From Candidatus Saccharimonadota bacterium (GTDB lineage Archaea; Nanohalarchaeota; Nanosalinia; Nanosalinales; Nanosalinaceae), in assembly GCF_047555085.1 (NCBI RefSeq), contig NZ_CP180230.1, forward strand, positions 360,001 to 392,000: a stretch of DNA of 32,000 nt, in the 5' to 3' direction. The notes beneath the pieces are model-generated. The model did not search any database and was not told the origin of the DNA. It saw only the letters and a program-made list of their open reading frames with translations. Below, piece by piece: positions 1 to 8,473 of this stretch (position 1 is its first letter; every line of letters begins with the position of its first letter). Both the position numbers and the translations under genes were made by a program.

Positions 1-60
1 AAGTATACCTGAGCTGACGTCAAGTATTCCCAGTAGATCAGGCCTGAATATTTCGCCCAT
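1..60 (-). CDS. 5' end of an unidentified gene running off the left edge (MGEIFRPDLLGILDVSSGIL...)
   Basis: An ATG (reverse complement of 58-60) opens a minus-strand frame that stays open to position 1. It lies 28 nt downstream of the NYN gene stop on the same strand. Only 20 codons are visible, so no family can be assigned. Confidence 0.25.
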   Translation of the reverse strand, partial: MGEIFRPDLLGILDVSSGIL

Positions 61-87
61 GGAAAAAATGTTTTCCTGTCAAGATTT

Positions 88-552
88 TTATTCCAGTTCC
101 ACAACGTGATCCGCAGCATTCTTCAATGCAGTCGAAAATCCTGGCTCCATACCCATAACGACTGTCTCTTTCCCATGCTCCTTAGCCTTCTGTATCACAG
201 GAAGGAAATCTGTATCACGAGTCACAAGTGCGATAACATCGATATCATCGTTGAAAACTGCTTCAACAGCATTTACCGCCATGTAAACATCTACGTCACT
301 TTCCTTGGCCTTTTCTCCACCTAGACCCAGCTCAGCTTCAAATCCCTGAGATATTATAGCTTCAATAAGCTTATCGGAAGCGTACTGGTTCAGAAATACT
401 TTTCCAACCTTGATATTTCCAAACTCTCCGGTCTTCTCTCTTAAATGATCAAGATCTAGATCAAACTCCTTTCTAACAACGTTAGGCCCATCAACAAAGA
501 TAGCAACGTTCTTCCCTCTACTAACAGAATCCTTTATTTTAGATAAAACCAT
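88..552 (-). CDS. NYN / LabA-like (DUF88) PIN-fold nuclease domain protein
   Basis: 154-aa ORF. The '[10 protein letters not shown]' and '[14 protein letters not shown]' Asp-containing motifs and the size match the NYN/LabA-like family. Confidence 0.7.
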   Translation of the reverse strand: MVLSKIKDSVSRGKNVAIFVDGPNVVRKEFDLDLDHLREKTGEFGNIKVGKVFLNQYASDKLIEAIISQGFEAELGLGGEKAKESDVDVYMAVNAVEAVFNDDIDVIALVTRDTDFLPVIQKAKEHGKETVVMGMEPGFSTALKNAADHVVELE

Positions 553-770
553 GAAACAATATTTCTCCCACAGCCTTTTTTATCTCACCGCTGAAATAAT
601 TGGACAAAAATTTTCTCACGTTATCTGAAAAACTTAAATCAAATGTCGACAAAGAGAAGTCTATGGAGGCCTACCAGTATTCACATGATGTAATAGGGTG
701 TCGAGGCCTCCTTGTATTTCCAAACTTTTCCGAAAAACAGAGAATTTTCCGACGAGAGAGGTATACATAA

Positions 771-1430
771 ATGGTGTTGAAGGCTTACTGGCCTCTGGAT
801 GAAACATCCGGAAGCACAGCATACGACGCCAGAAACAGCAATAATGGAAGTTTGAATGGCGGAGTAACGCAGAACGTCTCAGGCCTCTTCGGTTCCGGAG
901 CATACAGTTTCGATGGCACTGATGACTATGTGGATGCTGGAAGCAACTCGGATATTGAGCCATCTACAGTCTCTATTTCAGCCTGGATAAAAACCAGTGG
1001 AGGTCATGGAGGCACTTATCCCAGGTATGCGGGAAACAACTGGAGCTTTGCAGGATACAATATCCAGCCATCTTCAGGTTCAGTGGCCATGGAAATAGGG
1101 GATGGTTCCAGTTCTAATACTCTCTCAGCATCGACCGGTATAGAAGACGGATCATGGCATCAAGTAACAGCAACTTACAGAGGAACAGATAATTCCTGGG
1201 CGATATATGTAGATGCTGTACAGGAAAACTCTGGGACGTCCAGCTACTCTCTTGCCTACGGAGGAAACCCTTTCATTATAGGTGCCAATCCATCAAAAAG
1301 CGACGGATTTGCAAATGCAGATATCTGCAATATCAGAATATATGATCATGTGTTAACAGAGCAGGAAGTAAGCTACCTGTACTCTGTAGGACAGAGAGGG
1401 CTACATACCTCAGACATTAGAACTCTGTAA
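771..1430 (+). CDS. Standalone LamG (Laminin_G_3 / concanavalin A-like) domain protein, no signal peptide
   Basis: 219 aa. It starts directly with 'YWPLDETSGSTAYD', then 'FDGTDDYVDAG', and ends 'IRIYDHVLTEQEVSYLYSVGQRGL'. These are typical LamG jelly-roll boundary motifs. It is a clear paralog of 18127..18792. Confidence 0.8.
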   Translation: MVLKAYWPLDETSGSTAYDARNSNNGSLNGGVTQNVSGLFGSGAYSFDGTDDYVDAGSNSDIEPSTVSISAWIKTSGGHGGTYPRYAGNNWSFAGYNIQPSSGSVAMEIGDGSSSNTLSASTGIEDGSWHQVTATYRGTDNSWAIYVDAVQENSGTSSYSLAYGGNPFIIGANPSKSDGFANADICNIRIYDHVLTEQEVSYLYSVGQRGLHTSDIRTL

Positions 1431-1446
1431 AAAAGAATATTTTTTA
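1428..1446. terminator. Candidate bidirectional oligo-T terminator between convergent genes (TAAAAAAGAATATTTTTTA)
   Basis: An A-run/T-run near-palindrome spans both stop codons, giving an oligo-T tract on each strand. Archaeal RNA polymerase terminates at oligo-T. Confidence 0.4.
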
Positions 1447-2184
1447 CCTGAAAATTTTTCTTGCGTTCACGGTAGAGGCCTCTACAACTTTCTCGTAATT
1501 CGTCTCCTTGATCTCGGCGATTTTCTCAGCACTCTCCTTTACGTTGACAGGTTCGTTCCGTTCTCCACGGTACAGGAACGGCGAATCCGTTTCAAGAAGC
1601 AGTTTTTCAAGGCCTATTCTATCAACGATTTCCTGAACACGGTTCGAATAAAGTACCTGTGTCGTAACGCCGATGAAGTATCCTTTCTCCACAGCTTCCT
1701 CCGCCAGTTCTGGTGCTCCGTTGAAACAGTGAAGCATAACATCTTTGAGATCGTATTCTCCCAGTATCTCAACTGTTCTCTTCTCGGCATCTCTTGTATG
1801 CAGTACGACAGGCTTTCCAAGCTCCTCCGCCAGATCCAGCATCTCCCGGAAAACTTTCTCCTGCTCATCCCTACTTTCGCTCTCCGTTACGTGATGATGG
1901 TCAAGGCCTATCTCGCCTATTGCCACAGGATCATTTTCACGGATCTGCTTTTTTATCCTGTCTATTTCATCGAAACTTTCCGTATACGTCGGATGAAGGC
2001 CTAGATTAGCAACTACAAATCCATCAGTCTCACTTTCAAGTTCCAGAGATTTTTCGTTATGTTCAAAATTACTTCCGGCATTCACCACGAAATCCAGTAC
2101 GTCTTTCGCTCTTCCGATCACTTCGTCTCGATCCTCATCAAAATTTTCAAAGTCCAGATGGCAGTGCGAATCTACAGGCCTCAT
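1444..2184 (-). CDS. tatD: TatD-family metal-dependent hydrolase / DNase
   Basis: 246 aa. N-terminal 'DSHCHLDF', then 'EIGLDHH', 'VVLHTRDA', 'HCFNG' and 'LLETDSPF' match the TatD metal-ligand motifs in the correct order. Confidence 0.9.
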   Translation of the reverse strand: MRPVDSHCHLDFENFDEDRDEVIGRAKDVLDFVVNAGSNFEHNEKSLELESETDGFVVANLGLHPTYTESFDEIDRIKKQIRENDPVAIGEIGLDHHHVTESESRDEQEKVFREMLDLAEELGKPVVLHTRDAEKRTVEILGEYDLKDVMLHCFNGAPELAEEAVEKGYFIGVTTQVLYSNRVQEIVDRIGLEKLLLETDSPFLYRGERNEPVNVKESAEKIAEIKETNYEKVVEASTVNARKIFR

Positions 2185-2332
2185 AACGGTTTATTGCCGG
2201 AAAAACGGTTTAAACGTAGAGGCCTCACTCCAGAAAAGATTAAGTTGTGGCCTGTTGCAATCTTATTTTTATTATTTGAAGTATCAAAGTTGGCTTGGGG
2301 ATAAGAATTTTTACAGAGGGGGAGATGCAAGT

Positions 2333-2476
2333 ATGCGAACTCTTGTCAGACAGGTAGGTTTCTGCCTGATCTGCGGTAATAGCGTGCACTCGGATCAGAT
2401 GTTCTACGATTCGGAAGAAGGATGTGTGCATGCCAGCTGTCTTGAAAAAAAGAACGGCGGCATGCAGAAGGTATGA
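2333..2476 (+). CDS. Small putative zinc-finger protein (47 aa, CxxC...CxxxxC)
   Basis: An internal ATG of the 2255..2476 ORF is preceded by a GGGGGAG Shine-Dalgarno-like run (2318-2324) with an 8-nt spacer. Four Cys residues form two pairs (CLIC ... CVHASC). No family was recognised. Confidence 0.3.
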   Translation: MRTLVRQVGFCLICGNSVHSDQMFYDSEEGCVHASCLEKKNGGMQKV

Positions 2477-2502
2477 TCCGGTGCAAAAACCTACCTTTTT
2501 CT

Positions 2503-3087
2503 TTATCTATGCTCCTTGTCCAGTCTTGAGCCTGTAGCACCTTCCTGATTCATGTACTTGGAATCAGTTTTCTCGCCGTACGGCTGCTCAGATTCTGAAG
2601 TCATTGTCTCGAAGACTACCTGACAGATCCTGTCCTCAGGATAGATCGTGATAGGTACGTTACCAAGATTCTGTATCTCCAGTGTAATCTGGCCTTCGAA
2701 TCCAGGATCAACGAATCCTGCGGCAGCGTGAGGGATAAGGCCTAATCTAGCGTACGATGAGCGGCCTTCGATCCTTGCAACAAGATCGTTGGGAACTTTC
2801 AGGGATTCAAGTGTAGAGCCAAGTACGAACTCCCCAGGATGGATCACCATTCCTTCTTCAGGAGTTGTTTTCCTTGTATTTCTTATCTTGTCGTAGTTCT
2901 CCATTTTTCTGGTGTCAAGGGCCTTTACACTTCTCGTATCCAGAAATCCGAACTCGTATCCCAGGCGGAGGTCAAGGGATGAAGGCCCGAGCTGAAGATC
3001 CATATCGATATCAGGGCCTCTATCAGTATATACTGCGTTTTTCTCTTCGATTATCTCCTTGAGCTCGGTATCTGAAAGTATAGCCAT
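2503..3087 (-). CDS. dcd: dCTP deaminase
   Basis: 194 aa. 'LDLRLG', 'HPGEFVLGSTLE', 'ARIEGRSSYARLGL' and 'AGFVDPGFEGQITLEI.N' are the hallmark Dcd/dUTPase-fold motifs. Confidence 0.9.
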   Translation of the reverse strand: MAILSDTELKEIIEEKNAVYTDRGPDIDMDLQLGPSSLDLRLGYEFGFLDTRSVKALDTRKMENYDKIRNTRKTTPEEGMVIHPGEFVLGSTLESLKVPNDLVARIEGRSSYARLGLIPHAAAGFVDPGFEGQITLEIQNLGNVPITIYPEDRICQVVFETMTSESEQPYGEKTDSKYMNQEGATGSRLDKEHR

Positions 3088-3163
3088 TGTATTCCAGAAG
3101 CGGACGAGAAATTTTTATTCTTTCCCGAAAACCACTTATCCCTTCCACAGAAATCAGTTTAAC

Positions 3164-4663
3164 ATGAAGAGGCCTCTGAAATTTTTCACATTCGTTTTTG
3201 TTCTAGCTGTTTTAGCTGTGCCAGCCGCTTCACAGGTGCAGTACACTATAGACTCCGACAATCGAGACGTCGAGATAAATACTACTGTGCGGCTTGACTG
3301 CGATATATCAAGCTCCAGCTGCCCTGTCAACAGCTGGAGGCTTCCTAACTGGCCTCTCCCTGAAGATGTCGAGGTCCTGAATGTCAGGGACAGTATTGGA
3401 GAGATCGAGGACTACAGTATAGAGGGAAACATGCTCAGTCTTGAGACGAACAGGGGAGAAAGAAGAACTTCTGAAACTGTGAAAATAAATTTCAGGATCA
3501 ACAGAGAGGCTGAGGAAGTGTACAGAGGCCTCAGAAAGAGAGAGTTCTCGCTTCCAGGATTCTCCGGTGAAAGAACTTTTGGAGAAGTCCAGATGGATAA
3601 CGTCATCTCGGGCAGGACCACGTACGGATTTGAAACATCCTATGGAAAGGACCACTTCAACTTTACAGGTACAGGCCCTGTCCAGATCCGTTTGAAGGCT
3701 GGAAAAGGTAATAGGACAGAATACTTCGAATTTTTCGGCGACAGGCCTGAAGGCAATCATTCTCTGGCGTATGAGATACCTGTTGCAATGACAGGACAGG
3801 TACAGAACTTTAAGCGCTTTCCTGTAGCTGTTATGGATCCTGAGACGTTTAACAGGTCTGTAGGCCTATGGAGTGCAGGAGAATACATCGGAGGAAGCAT
3901 AAAGATACGCAGAAATCTGGAGGAAGAATTTACACCTATACTGGCGCACGAAGTTGTTCACGGACTTAACGATAGAGTTCTGAACTGGGATCAGACTCGC
4001 AGCAGCTACATAGATGAGGGAACAGGAAAGTACGTGGAGTATCTGGTGAAGATAAAGCTTCAGGGCCGTGATAGAGTCAGAGAAGTATTCGGAGATGATG
4101 TGACATACACTGTTCAGAGAGATGATGGCCGTTACAGGATCACGCTTCCATCACAGGGAGATAGAGAAAGACTTTGGAAGTACTACAGAGATGACATGGA
4201 TTTCATGAAGGCCTGGAGTCCTGTAGAGTATCCGGATGAAAGAAGATTCGGATACGCATATTCGGAACTTATCATCAAGAACTTTATCGTCAACTCAAAC
4301 GGATCTATGAGAGATATTTACAGCATCGATCCCGGGAAAAAAGTAGATTCCAACGAGGAAAAATGGAGTATATACTCGGAGAAAATTGATCTAAGGCCCT
4401 GCGACTACAGCAACAGACAGAGATTCGAAAAATGTCTCGACAGAATAAATAACTACAATTACAGCGTTTACAGGGCCTCGGAGATAGATAGAGGTTCAAA
4501 CAGGATCATGATAGAGGATATAGATGTTCCTGAAAGAGAAGAAGTGCGGAATCCTTTCGATTTCTCGCCGGATAACAGCACTGCTGAAAAAATTTCCAGC
4601 AACAGTTTCTCAACATGGCTGAGAAATATTCTACAGGCCTTGCGTGATCTCCTTTCAAGTTAA
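3164..4663 (+). CDS. Secreted putative zinc metallopeptidase (gluzincin-type HExxH...E, Peptidase_MA-like)
   Basis: I chose the internal ATG at 3164, which gives 'MKRPLKFFTFVFVLAVLAVPAASQ', a classical signal peptide. 'LAHEVVHGL' is followed 19 residues after the second His by 'IDEGTGKYVEY', the gluzincin third-ligand Glu arrangement. Confidence 0.6.
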   Translation: MKRPLKFFTFVFVLAVLAVPAASQVQYTIDSDNRDVEINTTVRLDCDISSSSCPVNSWRLPNWPLPEDVEVLNVRDSIGEIEDYSIEGNMLSLETNRGERRTSETVKINFRINREAEEVYRGLRKREFSLPGFSGERTFGEVQMDNVISGRTTYGFETSYGKDHFNFTGTGPVQIRLKAGKGNRTEYFEFFGDRPEGNHSLAYEIPVAMTGQVQNFKRFPVAVMDPETFNRSVGLWSAGEYIGGSIKIRRNLEEEFTPILAHEVVHGLNDRVLNWDQTRSSYIDEGTGKYVEYLVKIKLQGRDRVREVFGDDVTYTVQRDDGRYRITLPSQGDRERLWKYYRDDMDFMKAWSPVEYPDERRFGYAYSELIIKNFIVNSNGSMRDIYSIDPGKKVDSNEEKWSIYSEKIDLRPCDYSNRQRFEKCLDRINNYNYSVYRASEIDRGSNRIMIEDIDVPEREEVRNPFDFSPDNSTAEKISSNSFSTWLRNILQALRDLLSS

Positions 4664-4690
4664 ATAAATCCAGACGAAAAAGTTCCTTTT

Positions 4691-5641
4691 ATGGGGTCCG
4701 GATTAAGACAGTGGCTTGAGATATATCTGAAAGGCCTGGCAATGGGTGCTGCCGACGCTGTCCCCGGAGTATCAGGAGGAACGATAGCACTTATCACTGG
4801 CATATACGAGAGACTGATACAGGCCCTGACAGGGATAACTTTCTCAACTTTTGAAGATATCTTCGTATCTCTGAAGGATTTCAATATCAGCGAAATAAAG
4901 GAGAAGCTGATAGATATCGATATCCCATTCCTCGTGGTGCTTGGAGCGGGTATAGCCACTGCAGTAGTGCTTGTGCTCCGTTTTATGCATTATGCTATTT
5001 CAAACTTTCCTGCAGTAACTTATGGCTTCTTTTCAGGATTGATAGCGTTTTCAGCAGTTATACTTTACAATGAAGTAGATATATCAACAACAAGAAGAAA
5101 AATTACAGCATTTGCAGGTTTCCTGTTTGCATTTATCGCTTCAGGTTATGGAGCAACATCTTTGAGCCACTCTCCGCTTGTTCTAGTTCTTTCAGGAGCT
5201 GTAGCTGTCAGCGCCATGATTCTTCCAGGTATATCAGGATCACTTATACTTGTGATACTTGGACAGTATGAATACATCTCTGCAGCGCTTTCAGATTTCC
5301 TTTCTGCAGCACTGAAACTTTTAACGACCGGAGATATCCAGCCACTGATACAGACTTCCGGTCCTATCGCAGTCTTCGTCTCTGGAGCATTCATAGGCCT
5401 TTTTTCGATAGTTCATGTAGTCAGAAAATCTCTGGAAAGTTACAGAAAGGCGACAATGGTATTCCTTGTAAGTATGATAGTCGGGGCATTGCGGGCACCT
5501 GTCTTACAGCTCAGCCAGCATCTTTCGTCTGTAGAGGCCTCTTGGATCAGTGTTGCTCCAGAGTTTTCCGTTGCAGCTATTTCTGGAGGCCTTGCAGTAG
5601 TTATTTTGCATTCCTACAGTTCTGGCTCTGAGAATTTCTGA
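4691..5641 (+). CDS. DUF368 family membrane protein (polyprenyl-phosphate transporter-like)
   Basis: 316 aa and polytopic. It has duplicated 'PGVSGGT' / 'PGISGS' motifs ('GAADAVPGVSGGTIALITGIYERL'), which are diagnostic of DUF368. Confidence 0.8.
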   Translation: MGSGLRQWLEIYLKGLAMGAADAVPGVSGGTIALITGIYERLIQALTGITFSTFEDIFVSLKDFNISEIKEKLIDIDIPFLVVLGAGIATAVVLVLRFMHYAISNFPAVTYGFFSGLIAFSAVILYNEVDISTTRRKITAFAGFLFAFIASGYGATSLSHSPLVLVLSGAVAVSAMILPGISGSLILVILGQYEYISAALSDFLSAALKLLTTGDIQPLIQTSGPIAVFVSGAFIGLFSIVHVVRKSLESYRKATMVFLVSMIVGALRAPVLQLSQHLSSVEASWISVAPEFSVAAISGGLAVVILHSYSSGSENF

Positions 5642-5652
5642 AAAAATTTTTC
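5640..5652. terminator. Perfect palindrome GAAAAAATTTTTC bridging two convergent stop codons
   Basis: It overlaps the TGA of 4691..5641 and ends 1 nt before the TAA of aRF1. An identical 13-mer recurs at 13583-13595 in the same genomic context. Confidence 0.45.
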
Positions 5653-5653
5653 T

Positions 5654-6895
5654 TTATCTTATCCGGTATCTGAGTATTGCCGCTATTCCGCTCATGTTCA
5701 TAAGTCGCTGTCCTTCCTCGTGTTCTGTAGATATTATCTCCAGTTCGCTTGACATCTCTTCAGCTTTCTCACCGAATCTGTCTACGATGTGTCCTATTTC
5801 CTCGAGATCCATTTCCTCGTTACATTCATCGCAGCTGATAGAGTCATCTATCTCAGGCTCCCGTTCGTATACTGTTTTTTCATGGCCCTGTGGGCATTTG
5901 TACTGTGCCTCGTACATCTCCAGGTCTTCTGAGATAAGTATTGTTTCCACGGCACCCATGTCAAGGGCCTGTTTGACCTGTTCGACTCCGTACTCTGATT
6001 TTCCGTCTTCCGACTTCAGGTGATCGAAGAATTCATTGACAAGGTTTTTCTCCTTGACTGCCTGTGAGTCCTCTATACTTTCCTCTGCTTTCTGAACCAG
6101 TTCCTTTAACGCTCCTTCGCCGGAATGGCCTATTGACTCTGTAGCTATTACCTTCTCCTGAAGTTCTTTGTGCAGATAGTCGTCTTCAACAAGTTTCTCC
6201 TTCACAAATCCAGGGCCTCCGATAACTATCCCGAGAAGCTTTCCCTCTCTAGCTTTCTGCAGAAAGGCCTGTTTGGATTTGTCCGCAATCTCTGTAAGAA
6301 AAGTTTTCAGCATCTGCTTCCTTATACGGGCGAAACGCTGAGCGGACTGTCCTCCAGCCCTTGTCTTTCCGGGAACGTTGGAATCCATAGTGTAAGCTGT
6401 CTTCACGTTACTTCCCTGAAGATATCCGATAGCAGCCTCTGACTTGTCCGCCACGATCAATCCATAGACACGATCATCGACGACCATGTTCTGCAGAGGC
6501 TCAAGAACAAACTCCTTGTCACACCTGTAATGCCGCGATTCAATTGGCTGTGGAGGTATAACTTCCCAGATCTGGATATCTGGTCGTCCTTCTGTATCTG
6601 AAACATTTCCTGCGAAGAAAGCCACGCCGTTTTCAGGTGTCTCATGCTCCTCGGAAACTTTCCTGCCGATCTTGCCGAGTGCATCCTGAACGTTCGTCCT
6701 GGTATGCTTCGACTTGATGTTCTCCGCTTCGCTCTGCTCAGAAGTAATAAAATCAGAGATCTTGGACATATCGTATCCGGCCGGGATATACAGAGAAACA
6801 AGCTCAGTGTTCCGGCCTCTGATATCCTCCAACTCATTTATAAGCCGCTTCAGCTCGTACTTCGACATCTCCTCATGCTTTTGATCTTTGCTCAT
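5654..6895 (-). CDS. prf1: Peptide chain release factor aRF1
   Basis: 413 aa. It carries the NIKS motif ('AENIKSKHTR'), the GGQ motif ('RAGGQSAQRFARIR'), and a C-terminal zinc-ribbon insertion (CPQGH...CDEC). Confidence 0.95.
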   Translation of the reverse strand: MSKDQKHEEMSKYELKRLINELEDIRGRNTELVSLYIPAGYDMSKISDFITSEQSEAENIKSKHTRTNVQDALGKIGRKVSEEHETPENGVAFFAGNVSDTEGRPDIQIWEVIPPQPIESRHYRCDKEFVLEPLQNMVVDDRVYGLIVADKSEAAIGYLQGSNVKTAYTMDSNVPGKTRAGGQSAQRFARIRKQMLKTFLTEIADKSKQAFLQKAREGKLLGIVIGGPGFVKEKLVEDDYLHKELQEKVIATESIGHSGEGALKELVQKAEESIEDSQAVKEKNLVNEFFDHLKSEDGKSEYGVEQVKQALDMGAVETILISEDLEMYEAQYKCPQGHEKTVYEREPEIDDSISCDECNEEMDLEEIGHIVDRFGEKAEEMSSELEIISTEHEEGQRLMNMSGIAAILRYRIR

Positions 6896-6968
6896 GCTTC
6901 ACAAATAGGCACCGAATTCTTTTAACTTGAAAACAGGCCTTCAGAAACTCCTCAAAAAATCAGTAAAG

Positions 6969-8396
6969 CTATCTGTTATTCAGTATAATTCTATTTACAG
7001 GCCTGAATCTTGCACCTGACTTGAGAACAATTTCATCAGCTGTAAAGTTGATATCGCCTCTCCAGAGGCCTGAGATAATGCTTCTGTTATTTACAGTGAT
7101 ATCTGATGCGCCGCCAGCTGACTTGAGTGCGGAGGATGGTTTTGACTCAAAGATAGAGTTTATCTCAAATGATCTGGCGCTTATCTGATGTACATTTGAT
7201 GATATGCATTCGTTTTTCGGTCCACGTCTGTCACAGAGACCTCCGTCAGGTTCTGATTGGAGAAGATATGTTCCTTCGTCATTCAGATTGTTTCCAGCTA
7301 TGAACTGTGTTATCACGGGTTTATTCGTGCTTACATTGTATGTGTGAGGTGGCGAAGTAGAGAACTGTTTGAATCCGTTTTTATCCATTTCATATGTTGT
7401 ACCGTCCACCTCGAGCTTCGTATCGTTTTCAGTCGCCATTGCAACAAGGTTAGGGCTATGTCTTCCGGCTCCGATCATCTTGTTTTCTCCTGGCTCTACT
7501 CGCGTCATGGAGAAGTCGTCACCCATGTAACTTATGCTGTTCCCTCCTTCAGTATCTCCTATCCAAACGGATATCGTGTCGTTAGCGACGAAGCGAAATT
7601 CTTCAACCCCGGTACCGCTTTGATACACGCGTGAGTCCTCATCTATGTTATGGCTCTGATATATAGAGGATCCTGTCTCTGTTAGACTGTAGACATCTAC
7701 GTTAACCGGTTTACCATATGAAAAAATAGCATAAGCACCTCTCTCCCAGTTACTCGTTGTACCGTAAAATTCCTGGCCCTTCATTCCTCCATTCGCTGAT
7801 GGGGCCATCTCAAAAGCGTTTCCAGCAGTATTCTCTATAATTAACTTTTTATCTGACTCAACCTCGTAACTGTTCCCTCCTGTAAGAGTCATCTTTTGGA
7901 ATCTATTGGAGTTAACAGTAAAGCTCGAAACTGTTCCATCGTTAAGATTTGTCACATCTACCGAGGCAGTTTCTTCAGGAGCGTAAAATCTTGTAGCGCC
8001 ATCGTTATTCGATTCTATCGCCTGAAAAACAAATCTATCCCCTGAAAAACTTCCATTGACGTCAGGATAGTAAACCTTTGCCGCCCAGCCATCATCTCCA
8101 AGATATGGAGCCACATCATTGCTACACTGCAACCTGATGAAGTCTCCTGGCGCAGTCTCCTGAGTCCATATATCTCCTTTACCTAAAGTGGTAGAGGCCA
8201 GCTCACTGTTACTTGAAGCATCGTAAAGACTACAGGATGTGGAGTCATATATCCCTGTAACCTCAAGACTGATCTGATCATCGCTGCTACCTGTCTGCGG
8301 ATCCCAGCCATAGTATTCCTCTCCGATAACAGGAGCAACTGCGAACGCAATCAGAATGAACAAAGTAAGAAGTTTCTTCCAATACTCCATAAACAC
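6969..8396 (-). CDS. Secreted protein of unknown function (signal peptide, beta-rich, Asn/Ser/Thr/Gly-rich)
   Basis: 475 aa. 'MFMEYWKKLLTLFILIAFAVAPVIGEE' is a hydrophobic signal sequence. There is no C-terminal TM segment and no recognisable sorting signal. Confidence 0.6.
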   Translation of the reverse strand: MFMEYWKKLLTLFILIAFAVAPVIGEEYYGWDPQTGSSDDQISLEVTGIYDSTSCSLYDASSNSELASTTLGKGDIWTQETAPGDFIRLQCSNDVAPYLGDDGWAAKVYYPDVNGSFSGDRFVFQAIESNNDGATRFYAPEETASVDVTNLNDGTVSSFTVNSNRFQKMTLTGGNSYEVESDKKLIIENTAGNAFEMAPSANGGMKGQEFYGTTSNWERGAYAIFSYGKPVNVDVYSLTETGSSIYQSHNIDEDSRVYQSGTGVEEFRFVANDTISVWIGDTEGGNSISYMGDDFSMTRVEPGENKMIGAGRHSPNLVAMATENDTKLEVDGTTYEMDKNGFKQFSTSPPHTYNVSTNKPVITQFIAGNNLNDEGTYLLQSEPDGGLCDRRGPKNECISSNVHQISARSFEINSIFESKPSSALKSAGGASDITVNNRSIISGLWRGDINFTADEIVLKSGARFRPVNRIILNNR

Positions 8397-8453
8397 AGTA
8401 TACTGCAGCTTGAAGTTAAATCTAACGAAGAAAAAGAGAAAAAAAATATTTTC

Positions 8454-8473
8454 AGAGGCCTTTGAAGGCCTCT
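8454..8473. repeat. Hairpin built from two AGGCCT copies (AGAGGCC-TTTGAA-GGCCTCT)
   Basis: A 7-bp perfect stem with a 6-nt loop abuts the valS stop codon (8473-8475). It sits in the spacer to the next minus-strand gene. Confidence 0.6.

Noticed and set aside
661-963. 100-aa minus-strand ORF overlapping the LamG gene start
   Set aside because: Its composition is Cys/His/Arg-rich and non-halophilic, and it is antisense to a well-supported LamG ORF and its promoter region.
3059-3163. N-terminal 35-codon extension of the metallopeptidase ORF (start at 3059)
   Set aside because: It overlaps the divergent dcd start codon region. The internal ATG at 3164 yields a textbook signal peptide.
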